From Candidatus Eiseniibacteriota bacterium (GTDB taxonomy: Bacteria; Eisenbacteria; RBG-16-71-46; JABDJR01): a DNA stretch of 64,000 nucleotides. Positions within the stretch are counted from its first letter, which is position 1. The number at the start of each line of letters is the position of its first letter. The translations under genes and the position numbers were made by a program. Positions 52,940 to 64,000 of this stretch are shown piece after piece. The notes beneath the pieces are model-generated. The model ran no database searches. It saw nothing but the letters and a program-made list of their open reading frames with translations, and had not been told where the DNA came from. The stretch spans positions 544,001 to 608,000 of the forward strand of contig CAVXKA010000001.1 in NCBI GenBank assembly GCA_963762255.1. The letters are read 5' to 3'.

Positions 52940-53866
52940 TCACGCGCGCCGCACGACCGCCGGCATGGTGCGGTTGTCGGCCACGCCTTCGTCCTCGCGC
53001 GAGACCGCGATGATCCCGATCGTGAACTTGGCATCGATGGAGGCCACTCCCCGCTCCGCTGCTTCCTTCGCGGAAACACCGCCTGCGATCCAGTCGTAGA
53101 CCTGCTTCGCCAGCACGCGGCGCATGATTTCCTCACCGTCGCCGGTCGCCGCCACCGCACCATGCGGCCCCGCGTAGAGTCCGGCGCCGATGATCGGGGT
53201 GTCGCCCACGCGCCCGAGGAGCATGACCGTGGTTCCGCCCGTGCTGAGCGCGGCCCCGAACTCTCCGGCGGTGTCGCGAACCACGGCGCCCACGGTGTCC
53301 GAGGGCCCCGCGACCGCGCGCAAGGACTCGGCCATCGGGGTCGAGAAGTTCCAATAGGGCGCCGGGTCCTTCCCGAACCATGCGACGAACATGTCCGAGT
53401 CGCCGCCGCGGGCGAAGAATTCGCGCACCTGGGCGTAGCGATTGTGCGCGCGTTCGGAGATCGGGTAGAAGTCGGCGACGCCCCCCGCGCGCGCGAACGC
53501 GGTGGCCCCCTCGCCGCAGAGAAGAAGATGCGGCGACTCCATCACCAGCCGCGCCACACGAACCGGATTCTTCACTCTCTGGATGGCCGCCACGGCACCG
53601 AACCGCAGCCGGTGATCCATGACCGCCGCGTCCATCTCGATGGTCTTTCCGTCCAATCGCAGGTTCGACCCGACGCCCGCATTGAGCCGCGGGTCGTCTT
53701 CGAGAACGACGGTTGCTTCGATTGCCGCGTCCAGGGCTGTCTTCCCTGCCGCCAACGCCGTCAGCCCCGCGTCGCACGCGCGCTCGCAGGCATCCGCGTG
53801 CTCGCGCGGCCCGCCGGCACCGCCGTGCGCCACGATCGCCGCTCGCACCCGCAGGTCATCGCTCAT
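52940..53866 (-). CDS. iaaA: isoaspartyl peptidase/L-asparaginase (Ntn hydrolase)
   Basis: AHGGAG, LEDDPRLNAGVG, EMDAAVM, DTVGAV, STGG, GRVGDTP, TGDGE. Confidence 0.9.
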   Translation of the reverse strand: MSDDLRVRAAIVAHGGAGGPREHADACERACDAGLTALAAGKTALDAAIEATVVLEDDPRLNAGVGSNLRLDGKTIEMDAAVMDHRLRFGAVAAIQRVKNPVRVARLVMESPHLLLCGEGATAFARAGGVADFYPISERAHNRYAQVREFFARGGDSDMFVAWFGKDPAPYWNFSTPMAESLRAVAGPSDTVGAVVRDTAGEFGAALSTGGTTVMLLGRVGDTPIIGAGLYAGPHGAVAATGDGEEIMRRVLAKQVYDWIAGGVSAKEAAERGVASIDAKFTIGIIAVSREDEGVADNRTMPAVVRRA

Positions 53867-55113
53867 GTCACGACCCCCAATCGAAACGCCTCGCGCACCC
53901 CAAGCACGCGCACCAGGCTCCTTGCCAGCCGGTTCCAGAACGCGGCCAAGAGCGGCTTCTGCCCGAACCGCTCCGCATAGTCGCGCAACGCCTCCACCAT
54001 CCCCACGTCCTCCCCCTTTTCGCGGCTCAGGAAGTACTTGTGCGTCATCACCTCCACGTAGAGGTCGGACGCGGTCTTGCCGGGGAAGAGTTCGAGAACC
54101 TTCTGCTTGCGGAAGAGCGCGCAGACCGGGGCGAAGACCTCGGCGCGCCAGCGCACGGCGGCCTCGTGGAGCGGCACCTCGCGCTCCGCGCTCTCGCTCA
54201 GGTACCACTTGTGCTCCTCGATGTGACGAAGGAGCGTTTCGAGATAGGTACGGTCGCGCACACGTCCGAGCATGCGACGCACATCCAGACCGGTCCGCTC
54301 CTGAAACGCGCGCTCCTCGACGGCGATCGCGTAGCGCCGCTCGTACTCACCCAAGAAGAACGCCGTGTCCTCTTCGGTTGCGTGCGGATCGCGGAAGATG
54401 CCCGCCAGGCGAAGGTCCTCGTGCATCCAGTGCATGGAATCGATGAACGTCTCCACGTCCGCGCGCCGGAGCGCATCGGAGAGAGCTCCGCGCATCTCCA
54501 CCGTCTCCGCATCGGCGAGTACCGCCTGCAGCCGGGTGTGCCGGCCGACGTAGGGGATGTTCTCCTTGCGGAACCGGATGAGCGTGTTGGCCATCGAGGC
54601 GTCGCCCCAGTAGATCCCGTTCACATGGAGGTCCACGAAGAGGTCGAGTTCGGCGTCAAGGATGCGACGCCGGTTGTCGCGGGTGAAACCGAAGCGAAAG
54701 AGAAGCGAGTCGGGCAGGACGCGGTCCGCGAGCCGGGTCACGCTGTGGCCGATCTCGTTCTCCGCGCGTTGCGCGCCGGCGGAGGTCTCGATCAGCACCG
54801 GCGCCTCCTCGCGCACGACGACGCCCACCGGCTCGAGCGTTTCGATGCCAAGCTCGCGGAGCCGCCGGTAGACGGCGATCTCCCGACGCGCCCCGTCCAC
54901 GCCCAGCTCCTTGATGACGAGCGCGCGTCCGTCGGCCTCGACGAAGATGAGCGGATGTCTTCCGATTCCCCTGCGCACCGGAAGGTGCGGTATGCCGCGC
55001 TCGCGCCAGGATTCGATCGGCGATTCCCAGGGGAGTGCGCGGACCGCGCGAGATAGACGCCGATCGGCGATCTCGAACCGTGCGCGGGGATAGCGGGGCA
55101 GATTGCGCCTCAT
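53863..55113 (-). CDS. DUF4032 domain / kinase-like protein
   Basis: LPWESPI..GIGRH, LHVNGIYWGDASMANTL, LADAET, IEEHKWYLSE. Confidence 0.82.
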   Translation of the reverse strand: MRRNLPRYPRARFEIADRRLSRAVRALPWESPIESWRERGIPHLPVRRGIGRHPLIFVEADGRALVIKELGVDGARREIAVYRRLRELGIETLEPVGVVVREEAPVLIETSAGAQRAENEIGHSVTRLADRVLPDSLLFRFGFTRDNRRRILDAELDLFVDLHVNGIYWGDASMANTLIRFRKENIPYVGRHTRLQAVLADAETVEMRGALSDALRRADVETFIDSMHWMHEDLRLAGIFRDPHATEEDTAFFLGEYERRYAIAVEERAFQERTGLDVRRMLGRVRDRTYLETLLRHIEEHKWYLSESAEREVPLHEAAVRWRAEVFAPVCALFRKQKVLELFPGKTASDLYVEVMTHKYFLSREKGEDVGMVEALRDYAERFGQKPLLAAFWNRLARSLVRVLGVREAFRLGVVT

Positions 55114-55180
55114 GGAGGGGCAAGTCTATCACCCCGCGATTTGCTAGGATTCGACGCATGAAATCCTCCGGAGCGGCGTC

Positions 55181-56017
55181 GTGAGCCGCGACCGACGCGG
55201 TCGAGGCGGTGTCTGGGTGGACGCTGCGTTCTTCCGCCGACTCGCCGACCTCGCCGCGGATCGCATCCCCTTGGTGCTGGTGACGGTCACCGAGGCCTCG
55301 GGGAGCGCCCCCGGCAAGGCGGGCGCCAAGATGGTCGTCACCGCGTCGGATACGTACGGCACCGTGGGCGGCGGCCGCGTCGAGAACGCGGCCATTCTGC
55401 GCGCGCGCGAACTGATCGGCAGCACCGCGGGACCGGAGTCCGAGCACTACGACGTGGTGCAGGACCTCGGCATGTCCTGCGGAGGGAGCATGAGCGTCAT
55501 GTTCGAACCCGTGACCCCGTCCCCTCGCCTCGTCATCTTCGGCGCCGGCCATATCTCGAAACCGCTCTGCGCCATCGCCGTCATCGCCGGCTTCGACGTG
55601 ACGGTCTGTGATGACAGGCCGGAGTGGCTCACCGAGGACCGCTTCCCCGACGCGAGCGCGCGCCTGCTGGCCGACTGGGAGGACGCCGTGGCGCAGGCTC
55701 GTATCGACGGGCAGACCTTCGTGGTGTCGGTTTCTCCCGGCCACGCCTTCGACGCGCGCATCGTGCGCGCGATCCTCGGGGCGGGGCTGCGCCCGCGTTA
55801 CCTGGGCGTGGTCGGAAGCGTGCGCAAGTCGATCCTCTTGAAACGCGAGCTGGTGGAGGCGGGAATGGACGCCGAGGCGGTGGCCCGCATCCACAGCCCG
55901 ATGGGCATCGATATCGGCGCCGTGGAGCCGCGCGAGATCGCGCTCTCGGCGGCCGCCGAGATGGTGGCCGAGTTGCGCAATGTGTTGGGCGACAAGACCG
56001 CCGCCGGATCGGAATGA
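55181..56017 (+). CDS. xdhC: XdhC/CoxI family Mo-hydroxylase accessory protein
   Basis: GSAPGKAGAKM, GTVGGGRVE, GMSCGG, IFGAGH, YLGVVGS, SPMGIDIGA; start uncertain. Confidence 0.88.
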   Translation: MSRDRRGRGGVWVDAAFFRRLADLAADRIPLVLVTVTEASGSAPGKAGAKMVVTASDTYGTVGGGRVENAAILRARELIGSTAGPESEHYDVVQDLGMSCGGSMSVMFEPVTPSPRLVIFGAGHISKPLCAIAVIAGFDVTVCDDRPEWLTEDRFPDASARLLADWEDAVAQARIDGQTFVVSVSPGHAFDARIVRAILGAGLRPRYLGVVGSVRKSILLKRELVEAGMDAEAVARIHSPMGIDIGAVEPREIALSAAAEMVAELRNVLGDKTAAGSE

Positions 56018-56608
56018 CCGCGCGCGTCGCCGCTGTCGTGCTCGCCGCCGGGGCGGGGCGACGCATGGGGTTCCGCCCCAAGGCCCTTCTTCCTATCGAT
56101 GACGAATCGTTCCTGGCGCGCGTGGTGCGAACGTGTCGTGATGGGGGCTGCGACGATGTGTGGATCGTCGTTCCCGCCGAACCGCCCGGCGTGCTCGCGC
56201 TCGCGCGATCGTTGAAGGCGCTACACCGTCGTGAACCCCGATCCCGAGCGCGGCATGTTGTCGAGCGTGCAGATCGGCGTCCGTGCCGCGGCGCATGCGA
56301 CCGCAGGAACGGTGAGCTGCCTCGTCTTCCCGGTGGACCACCCGCGCGTTCAAGCGTCGACGGTGAGCGCACTCCTCGCCGCGCGCCACCAGGCAAGCGC
56401 CGCGGTATGGCTACGACCCGTGTTCAACGGGCGCGGGGGACACCCGATCCTCATCCCAGGTCCGGCCACGGCGGGGCTCCTCGACCGCGACCCGCGCGAG
56501 CCGCTGCGCGACGCGCTACGAGGGATCGGGTTGGAGCCGCTGGACGTGCCGGTGGACGACCCGGGCATCCACGCCAACGTGAACGTGCCGGGGGATCTCG
56601 GCGAGTAA
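56014..56608 (+). CDS. mocA: MocA/YgfJ-like molybdenum cofactor cytidylyltransferase; frameshift near 56222
   Basis: VLAAGAGRRMGFRPKALL, then in the shifted frame VNPDPERGMLSS, PVDHP, GGHP, NVNVPGD. Confidence 0.8.
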
Positions 56609-56700
56609 TCGCAGGATGCCGGTCTCCAGCCCGCAGGACGCGGCCTTCCAGCCGAAGGAATCGACTCCCCGAACGGCGGCGCATTTGCGACAATGCGCGC

Positions 56701-58749
<2,049 letters not shown>

Positions 58750-58875
58750 GTTTCGAGTGGGCACAATCGTCACCCGTGGGCTGTCGTAGCTTCCACGTCA
58801 GTCCGGGCGGGTCTATATGTGTTTGAAATCAATGGGTTTCGGGGGCCGGGACGTTCAAACCCGCCTGCGCGAGCG

Positions 58876-59622
58876 TCAATCCCAGAGTTGCTTCAGTCTT
58901 CCCCATGTCGTGCCTTCCACCGGCGTCGCGCGTTGCACGGAAGCACGTCCGTCATTTGTATCGAAGGCGATGACCACTCGATCGTCGGCCTGCGTATTCT
59001 CGAAGCTGAAGTTGTCCCCGATAAGCATGTTGTAGTGCGGGCCGAAGGACCAGTCCCAGCTCCCGACGGATCGGAACTTGTACTCGACCGTACCGACGTC
59101 GGCAAGATTCATTTGAGCGCTCCAGACGCCGTCTTGCATCGTGGCCACGATCGGCAACGTCCAGGAACCAAGCTCGGGCGCACTTCCCATGAGCTCCAGG
59201 CTCGTCCCGACCGGTAATCCATGGTCGGTCATGATCGCCCCGGATTCCGGCTGCCAACCAGAACGGGGGTTTGCATCGAGCCGAAAGAAGACGGCCTCCC
59301 CGGCAGATACCGTGACAAGCCGGGCGTTCTGAAGCACGTATTCGGGATTGTGTGGCCACAACTGCGACCAGTCCGCGTTAGCGATCTTGAATTCATGGAG
59401 TCCAGGCGGCTGATCCGAGGTGATCGTCGCCGCATAAATGCCGTCTCCCCCTACTCCATCCCCATGCACGCCGTCATCATAGAGCCGGTTACCTGCGTCA
59501 TAGCCCCAGGTCGCGCCGGACCCCGCGTAATAGGAACCGCGCGCATAGTAAGGTTGAGCGACTGCCGACTGGGCCATGAGGCAACACACCGCCAAGAACA
59601 CCACGACCCCGATCCGTGTCAT
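58876..59622 (-). CDS. secreted protein with a DDG-rich motif and CBM20-like domain; C-terminal TWG tail
   Basis: GAGGAGG RBS; signal peptide; LYDDGVHGDGVGGDGIY; GSAPELGSW..GVWS..VEYKF; ends TPVEGTTWGRLKQLWD. Confidence 0.78.
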   Translation of the reverse strand: MTRIGVVVFLAVCCLMAQSAVAQPYYARGSYYAGSGATWGYDAGNRLYDDGVHGDGVGGDGIYAATITSDQPPGLHEFKIANADWSQLWPHNPEYVLQNARLVTVSAGEAVFFRLDANPRSGWQPESGAIMTDHGLPVGTSLELMGSAPELGSWTLPIVATMQDGVWSAQMNLADVGTVEYKFRSVGSWDWSFGPHYNMLIGDNFSFENTQADDRVVIAFDTNDGRASVQRATPVEGTTWGRLKQLWD

Positions 59623-59705
59623 CTTGCCTCCTCGATTGGCCGGACACCGCCGACGACAGCTACTTCACGAACTGCTGCTTCAGATTGCCCCGGGGGGGGG
59701 ATTCG

Positions 59706-59960
59706 CTACTTCACGACCTTCACCGGTAGCCCACCGTACGGGACATCAACCACCCTCACGTCCAGCGTAGTCCGCTCCCATGACCACTCCGCGCCCTTCA
59801 CTTCCAGCGGCGGAAGGTCAGAGGCAAGGCCGACCAAACGCACATCCATCGGGTCCTTCGCCGACTGCGCATCTGCAGTCTGTTGCCCCAGGTGGAACCC
59901 GATCAGCAGCGTCAGCGAAAGGAAGAACAGAGAGCCGGAGAGGTAGAACAGGCGCTTCAT
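59706..59960 (-). CDS. small exported hypothetical protein
   Basis: GGAGG RBS; signal-like N-terminus MKRLFYLSGSLFFLSLTLLIG. Confidence 0.7.
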   Translation of the reverse strand: MKRLFYLSGSLFFLSLTLLIGFHLGQQTADAQSAKDPMDVRLVGLASDLPPLEVKGAEWSWERTTLDVRVVDVPYGGLPVKVVK

Positions 59961-59970
59961 CCAAGACCTC

Positions 59971-60624
59971 CTACTTGCCGAACTGCTGCTTCACCACGCC
60001 CCATGTACTCTTCATCACGGGGACGATGCCTTCTCCGCTTAAGGTCACCACTCCGAATTCAGTCGGCTTCAACGCGACGCTGCCACTTGAGGGTTTTTCG
60101 GCACTGTTAAACGTCGCAAGGGTAAGTCGAAACGCATTGCCATCCGATGTGAATTCATGGATGCGAAAGTCAAATTCGCAGCCGAGTTCCGGAAACCGCA
60201 CCCCGTAATAGTAGTCGGGCGATTCATAGCAGCTGTACGAGGATGGGATGGGCCACCGGCCACTGGAGTAGCCGATCGACTCTATGCGCAGTATGTCCCT
60301 GCGCGTCTCAGGCTCAATGTCCATAATGCGGATGCTGGCGGAATCCAACGTGACCAAGGAGAAGCGAACGTTCAGAAATGAAACAACAAAAGGCAATCCA
60401 GGTTGGCAGCTTGGGTGCTGGACGCGGGTGTTGAATTCCAGGGACACGGGTCCCTGGTAGTAGATCCCCCTCGCCTTGTCGTCAAGACAGCTGGGCGCCG
60501 CGTAGAAGTCAATGGACGCAAACGCTTGACCAGAGAAGGTCGCGCCCCTGAGCTCAACCGCAGCGTCGGCCGTCCGCGGGATGGTGAATGTGGCAAGGCA
60601 GAGTACAAGCAGCAGTCTCAGCAT
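59971..60624 (-). CDS. secreted hypothetical protein with C-terminal TWG tail
   Basis: GGAGG RBS; signal MLRLLLVLCLATFTIPRTADA; ends VPVMKSTWGVVKQQFGK. Confidence 0.75.
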   Translation of the reverse strand: MLRLLLVLCLATFTIPRTADAAVELRGATFSGQAFASIDFYAAPSCLDDKARGIYYQGPVSLEFNTRVQHPSCQPGLPFVVSFLNVRFSLVTLDSASIRIMDIEPETRRDILRIESIGYSSGRWPIPSSYSCYESPDYYYGVRFPELGCEFDFRIHEFTSDGNAFRLTLATFNSAEKPSSGSVALKPTEFGVVTLSGEGIVPVMKSTWGVVKQQFGK

Positions 60625-60766
60625 TGGCCGCCTCCGAGGAGGCATGGGGTGAAGACATCTTAGCACCGGGCGCAAGCCGCTCGGCTGCGTGTGCGCGTTC
60701 AATGGCGGCGGACAATTTTTCACGGCGGACCTACAGCGCTACACGCAGAGCCTGACTCTCGAACTG

Positions 60767-60916
60767 GTCACGGCACCGTGATCGCGTCCCTGCCGTAGGC
60801 CCCGGCGGCAGGGCGAGGTGAGTTTCGAGCGAGCACAATCGTCACCCGTGGGCTGTCATAGCTTCCACGGCAGTCCGGGTGCCCGTATATCTCTTTGAAA
60901 TCAATGGGTTTCGGGG
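60767..60916. repeat. 150-bp direct repeat, copy 2
   Basis: Matches copy 1; hairpins TCACGG/CCGTGA and CCCTGCCG/CGGCAGGG; IHF-like AATCAATGGGTTT. Confidence 0.95.
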
Positions 60917-61078
60917 ATCGCGTCTTCCGAAATAATCGTCCCCAGGCTGCGATAGTGCCCACTCGAAGGGTGGTTTTCGAATGGATAGGAATTATGCGTT
61001 GCCCCCCCTGGATCAGGCCCGGAGGGGACGGCGACGGGGGATTGCCGAACCAGTACAATCCGGCGTATACGCTTAGCC

Positions 61079-62650
61079 TCAGATTCGATGGGGGCTGATT
61101 TCCATCCCAGATACCAAACGGAAACTCTCGAGGGCGTATTCGTCCGTCATCCCACTTATGAAATCAATGATCATTCGAAGGCGATGTACCCTTTCCATGA
61201 CCTCAGCCATTCCCTCGTCCCTGCCCGCGTCCTTAGCCGAAAGCCGCACGGCTGCGTCGTATACCGCCAAGTACTTTCTGGAGACGCGACTGAGAAGACT
61301 AGTCTCCAGGGCGATCGGAGCGCCCATCGAATCCTTGTCCTCTTTGGCGCGGATACTCCCGAATCGAGATGCGTCACACTGCATGATTGGCTGATACGCA
61401 GACAACAATCCGCTGAGAACAGCGTATGCGGTAATCTCCCTCCGTCGAACAATCTCCGCAGAGTACAAGTGCTGCTCTGCAAACCGCTTCAATTCACTCA
61501 GCAGCTTCCCCGCATCCCCGTCTCTAAGTATCGGCCCTGCCTCGCCACTAAGGACCGCTGCCTGCTTCACCACAAACACCAAACCTGCTTGATGTGCTAG
61601 AAACCGAATGACAGCAGAGCGAAACTCCTCCATTGGTCTGAGTCTCTCTCCACCTGGCGCCGCGCCAGAATGGGGATCCTTCAGAGACTGCAAGGCAGAA
61701 GCGATGCGCTTCGCTTCATTTCCGATCTCCTCACCAGCCTCACCGAAGTTCATTCCCCCCGCGACGCCCTCAATGAACTGGGCGAACGCTGCCTTTGTGA
61801 CGATGCCCTTCTCTATGCCATCCTCGATGTCGCTTACACAGTAAGCGATGTCATCCGCCGCCTCCATGAGATAGGCGAGTGGATGTCTGCATCCGTTCTT
61901 AAGTCCAAGCTCTTTCCATATTTGGCGTGCTACATCCTGTTCCGTCTGAAAATATCCCGACTTCTTCCTCCCGCATCCGCCTCCACTGCTATCCCCAATC
62001 TCCGAAGTAGACCATGGGTATTTCAGAGTAGAAGCAAGCGTCGTTATGGTCAAGTTCAGGCCGAAGCGATCACTCGTCTCCGCCGCCTGCAGCCTCGTAA
62101 TGATTCTGAACCCCTGGGGGTTTCCATCGAAGTTCTCAAAATCAGCCTGAAACACATTCCATCGTCTCAGGGCCGGCCCACCGAGGCCATCCGGCGCTAG
62201 ATTGCAAATGCTCTGATGAAACCAATCGTTGATCGCACGCTCACCAAAGTGCCCGAAGGGGGGGTTACCGAAATCGTGAAGCAAGCAGGCAGTTGAGACG
62301 AATGTAATGAAGGCTCGCTCATTCCCGGCAATGCCCAGCTCCTTCTTTTGCCGCCCTGAAAAATGCTTCAACGCTTGTTGAGCAACGAACTGCCCAATTG
62401 AAGACACCTCCAAGGAATGGGTGAGCCTTGATCTGACTGCCGCATTTGTCTCTAGCGAGAAGACCTGAGCCTTGTTCTGAAGCCGCCGAAATGGCGATGA
62501 GAAGAGAACGCGGCCACGATCGGCGTCGGCGTTCTCGTCGAGTGTCCGCTTCACGACTTCGGGCCTTCGAAGGCGAGTGCCCTGGAGTAACCGCTCATAG
62601 GGTCGAGGTGTTGAGGCCGCGGTAGCTTTCCTTGCCCCCTTCCTATTCAC
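61079..62650 (-). CDS. dgt: dGTP triphosphohydrolase (HD-domain dNTPase)
   Basis: DRGRVLFSSPFRRLQNKAQVF, RSRLTHSLEV, LLHDFGNPPFGHFGE, FDGNPQGFR, LKYP, LMEAADDIAY, DFISGMTD. Confidence 0.93.
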   Translation of the reverse strand: MNRKGARKATAASTPRPYERLLQGTRLRRPEVVKRTLDENADADRGRVLFSSPFRRLQNKAQVFSLETNAAVRSRLTHSLEVSSIGQFVAQQALKHFSGRQKKELGIAGNERAFITFVSTACLLHDFGNPPFGHFGERAINDWFHQSICNLAPDGLGGPALRRWNVFQADFENFDGNPQGFRIITRLQAAETSDRFGLNLTITTLASTLKYPWSTSEIGDSSGGGCGRKKSGYFQTEQDVARQIWKELGLKNGCRHPLAYLMEAADDIAYCVSDIEDGIEKGIVTKAAFAQFIEGVAGGMNFGEAGEEIGNEAKRIASALQSLKDPHSGAAPGGERLRPMEEFRSAVIRFLAHQAGLVFVVKQAAVLSGEAGPILRDGDAGKLLSELKRFAEQHLYSAEIVRRREITAYAVLSGLLSAYQPIMQCDASRFGSIRAKEDKDSMGAPIALETSLLSRVSRKYLAVYDAAVRLSAKDAGRDEGMAEVMERVHRLRMIIDFISGMTDEYALESFRLVSGMEISPHRI

Positions 62651-63522
62651 GCCACATTCCTGTCATCGCGAGAGGGGATCGTGCGTACACGGGATTCTCT
62701 GCGTGAATCGAGAAGAAGATCCAATCTGTTCAGGAGCTCCTCCCGTCCCTGCGGAAATCTCGCGTGAAGAAAGTCCCATTCTACCTGAAGCAGTCCTGGC
62801 ACGACATTCTCTCGCAGCCGACAACAATCGGCATCGGGGACGACCAGCTGTGGAGTGTCTTCTAGAATCCGGACGAGACGTACTGCCAGGACGGCCAACT
62901 CGACGGGTGGCATCTCGTTCCATCGGGGCCAGTTGATTCCGGGGTCACGTTGTTCGCGTCTTTGCAGTACACCAAACGGATCGAGGACACACCCGGTCCC
63001 CAAATGAACCGCGAGCGCATTGATTCGTAGGTCAAAGTAACGAAGTGCTCCCGAAACCGATCGAAATCCCTTGTGGAACGTGGAGGGCTCAGAAATGTCT
63101 ATGTAGCCATCTTCGTAATGATAGCAACGTTGCTGGTGTCGGTTCAGTTCGAATGGCAAACCAAGAGCATCCAGAGCTTTGAATGCCCGGACATCTCCGT
63201 TCGGTACCATGACATCTATGTCGCCAGAATCTCCGAGTTGAAACAATGCTCTGCGGTGGGTACCGCCGACCACATAGGCACGTCCATTTGTAGCGTGAGT
63301 GATGGCGCGAATGACCTCGCGGGTCCTGTGACGCTCTTGTAGCCGCCTCATGAGTTCGCGATACAAGACCGCATGCGGTTCGTCAGGCTGACGCGCATTG
63401 CGCGTTGGCCGCGTGATCGTCCCAACCATTCCTGTGGGCGTCAATCGCAACCAAGAGGGCGGCCGCCACGCACGGACGCCGAGCAGATCACCGGCCGATA
63501 GAGCCATCGAGTGTTTCTTCAT
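62647..63522 (-). CDS. class II (CCA-adding/poly(A) polymerase head-like) nucleotidyltransferase, divergent
   Basis: AYVVGGTHR..GDIDVMV, ID, FDLRINALA (cf. RDFTINAL), LDPFG; stop overlaps the dGTPase start; start codon uncertain. Confidence 0.72.
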   Translation of the reverse strand: MKKHSMALSAGDLLGVRAWRPPSWLRLTPTGMVGTITRPTRNARQPDEPHAVLYRELMRRLQERHRTREVIRAITHATNGRAYVVGGTHRRALFQLGDSGDIDVMVPNGDVRAFKALDALGLPFELNRHQQRCYHYEDGYIDISEPSTFHKGFRSVSGALRYFDLRINALAVHLGTGCVLDPFGVLQRREQRDPGINWPRWNEMPPVELAVLAVRLVRILEDTPQLVVPDADCCRLRENVVPGLLQVEWDFLHARFPQGREELLNRLDLLLDSRRESRVRTIPSRDDRNVA

Positions 63523-63951
63523 GCCAGCAACACCATTAGTGGTCTTGTCATTTTAAGACGGCTTGTCACTCATGAGTATACCCCACACAGGCTACCGAGA
63601 TGTACTAGCGCAGGGCAATGTAATTCGGACCAGCCCGAGTGAGCGGACCGTAGACGGACCGGTCGCTGTCACTGGGTGGCCATTACCGCACGCTACCCTT
63701 TGATTGTAGCGGTCCGACACTTGCTTCTCGATTCCTACTTGGCTGTGCTGCTCTGTACTTGGCGCCAGGAATCTGGTCCTCCGGCGCCATTACCATTGAA
63801 ACGTGCCGGGTCATCCGGAGATCTCCGCGATGACTTCCCCGGCGGTCCATGTGGAAGTTCACCGCCGTAGGCTTGGCTCCCAGCTTCGGGGGTCGGCTCC
63901 CCTTGAACCCGTGCCGCCCCGGCTCCCCAATGGGGTCTGGAGGTTCAAGTT

Positions 63952-64000
63952 ATGCCCTACCTATCGTCCCCGACCCTGACGAAAGCCGAACAGGAAGCCC
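63952..64000 (+). CDS. 5' end of a gene, possibly a tyrosine recombinase/integrase
   Basis: GGAGG RBS, then MPYLSSPTLTKAEQEA; the LT..EQ opening resembles the start of a catalytic-domain-only tyrosine recombinase; only 16 codons visible. Confidence 0.4.
   Translation, partial: MPYLSSPTLTKAEQEA

Noticed and set aside
60768-61058. 96-aa ORF spanning repeat copy 2
   Set aside because: The equivalent frame in copy 1 has a TAG stop; no clear RBS and no recognisable domain.

Overview
High-GC bacterial chromosomal segment. FlgD-like C-terminal domains and C-terminal '[ST]WGxxK' tails suggest an FCB-group candidate lineage such as Eisenbacteria/Krumholzibacteriota/Latescibacterota (inference only). 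In order, it holds: a polyphosphate cluster (CYTH-CHAD, sixA, ppx, ppk1); secreted multidomain proteins; groESL behind an apparent sigma54 promoter; an M61 peptidase; a PAS hybrid kinase; a zincin/PD40/Omp85 fusion; AddAB-like helicase-nuclease; GNATs, adk, osmC and udgB; a B12 radical-SAM gene coupled to a lipoprotein; an arsenic/thiol-redox island containing a hidden UshA-like selenoprotein (in-frame UGA in a C-G-U motif); and xdhC/mocA/ygfK-like genes. From 58695 to the end lies an accessory island. Two 150-bp direct repeats partition secreted-protein cargo from a lower-GC gene pair (class II nucleotidyltransferase plus dGTPase, a candidate anti-phage system), followed by the 5' end of a possible tyrosine recombinase. 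About eight single-base frameshifts in unrelated genes probably reflect sequencing error. No rRNA, tRNA or CRISPR array was seen. All family calls come from motif recognition by eye; no database search was run.
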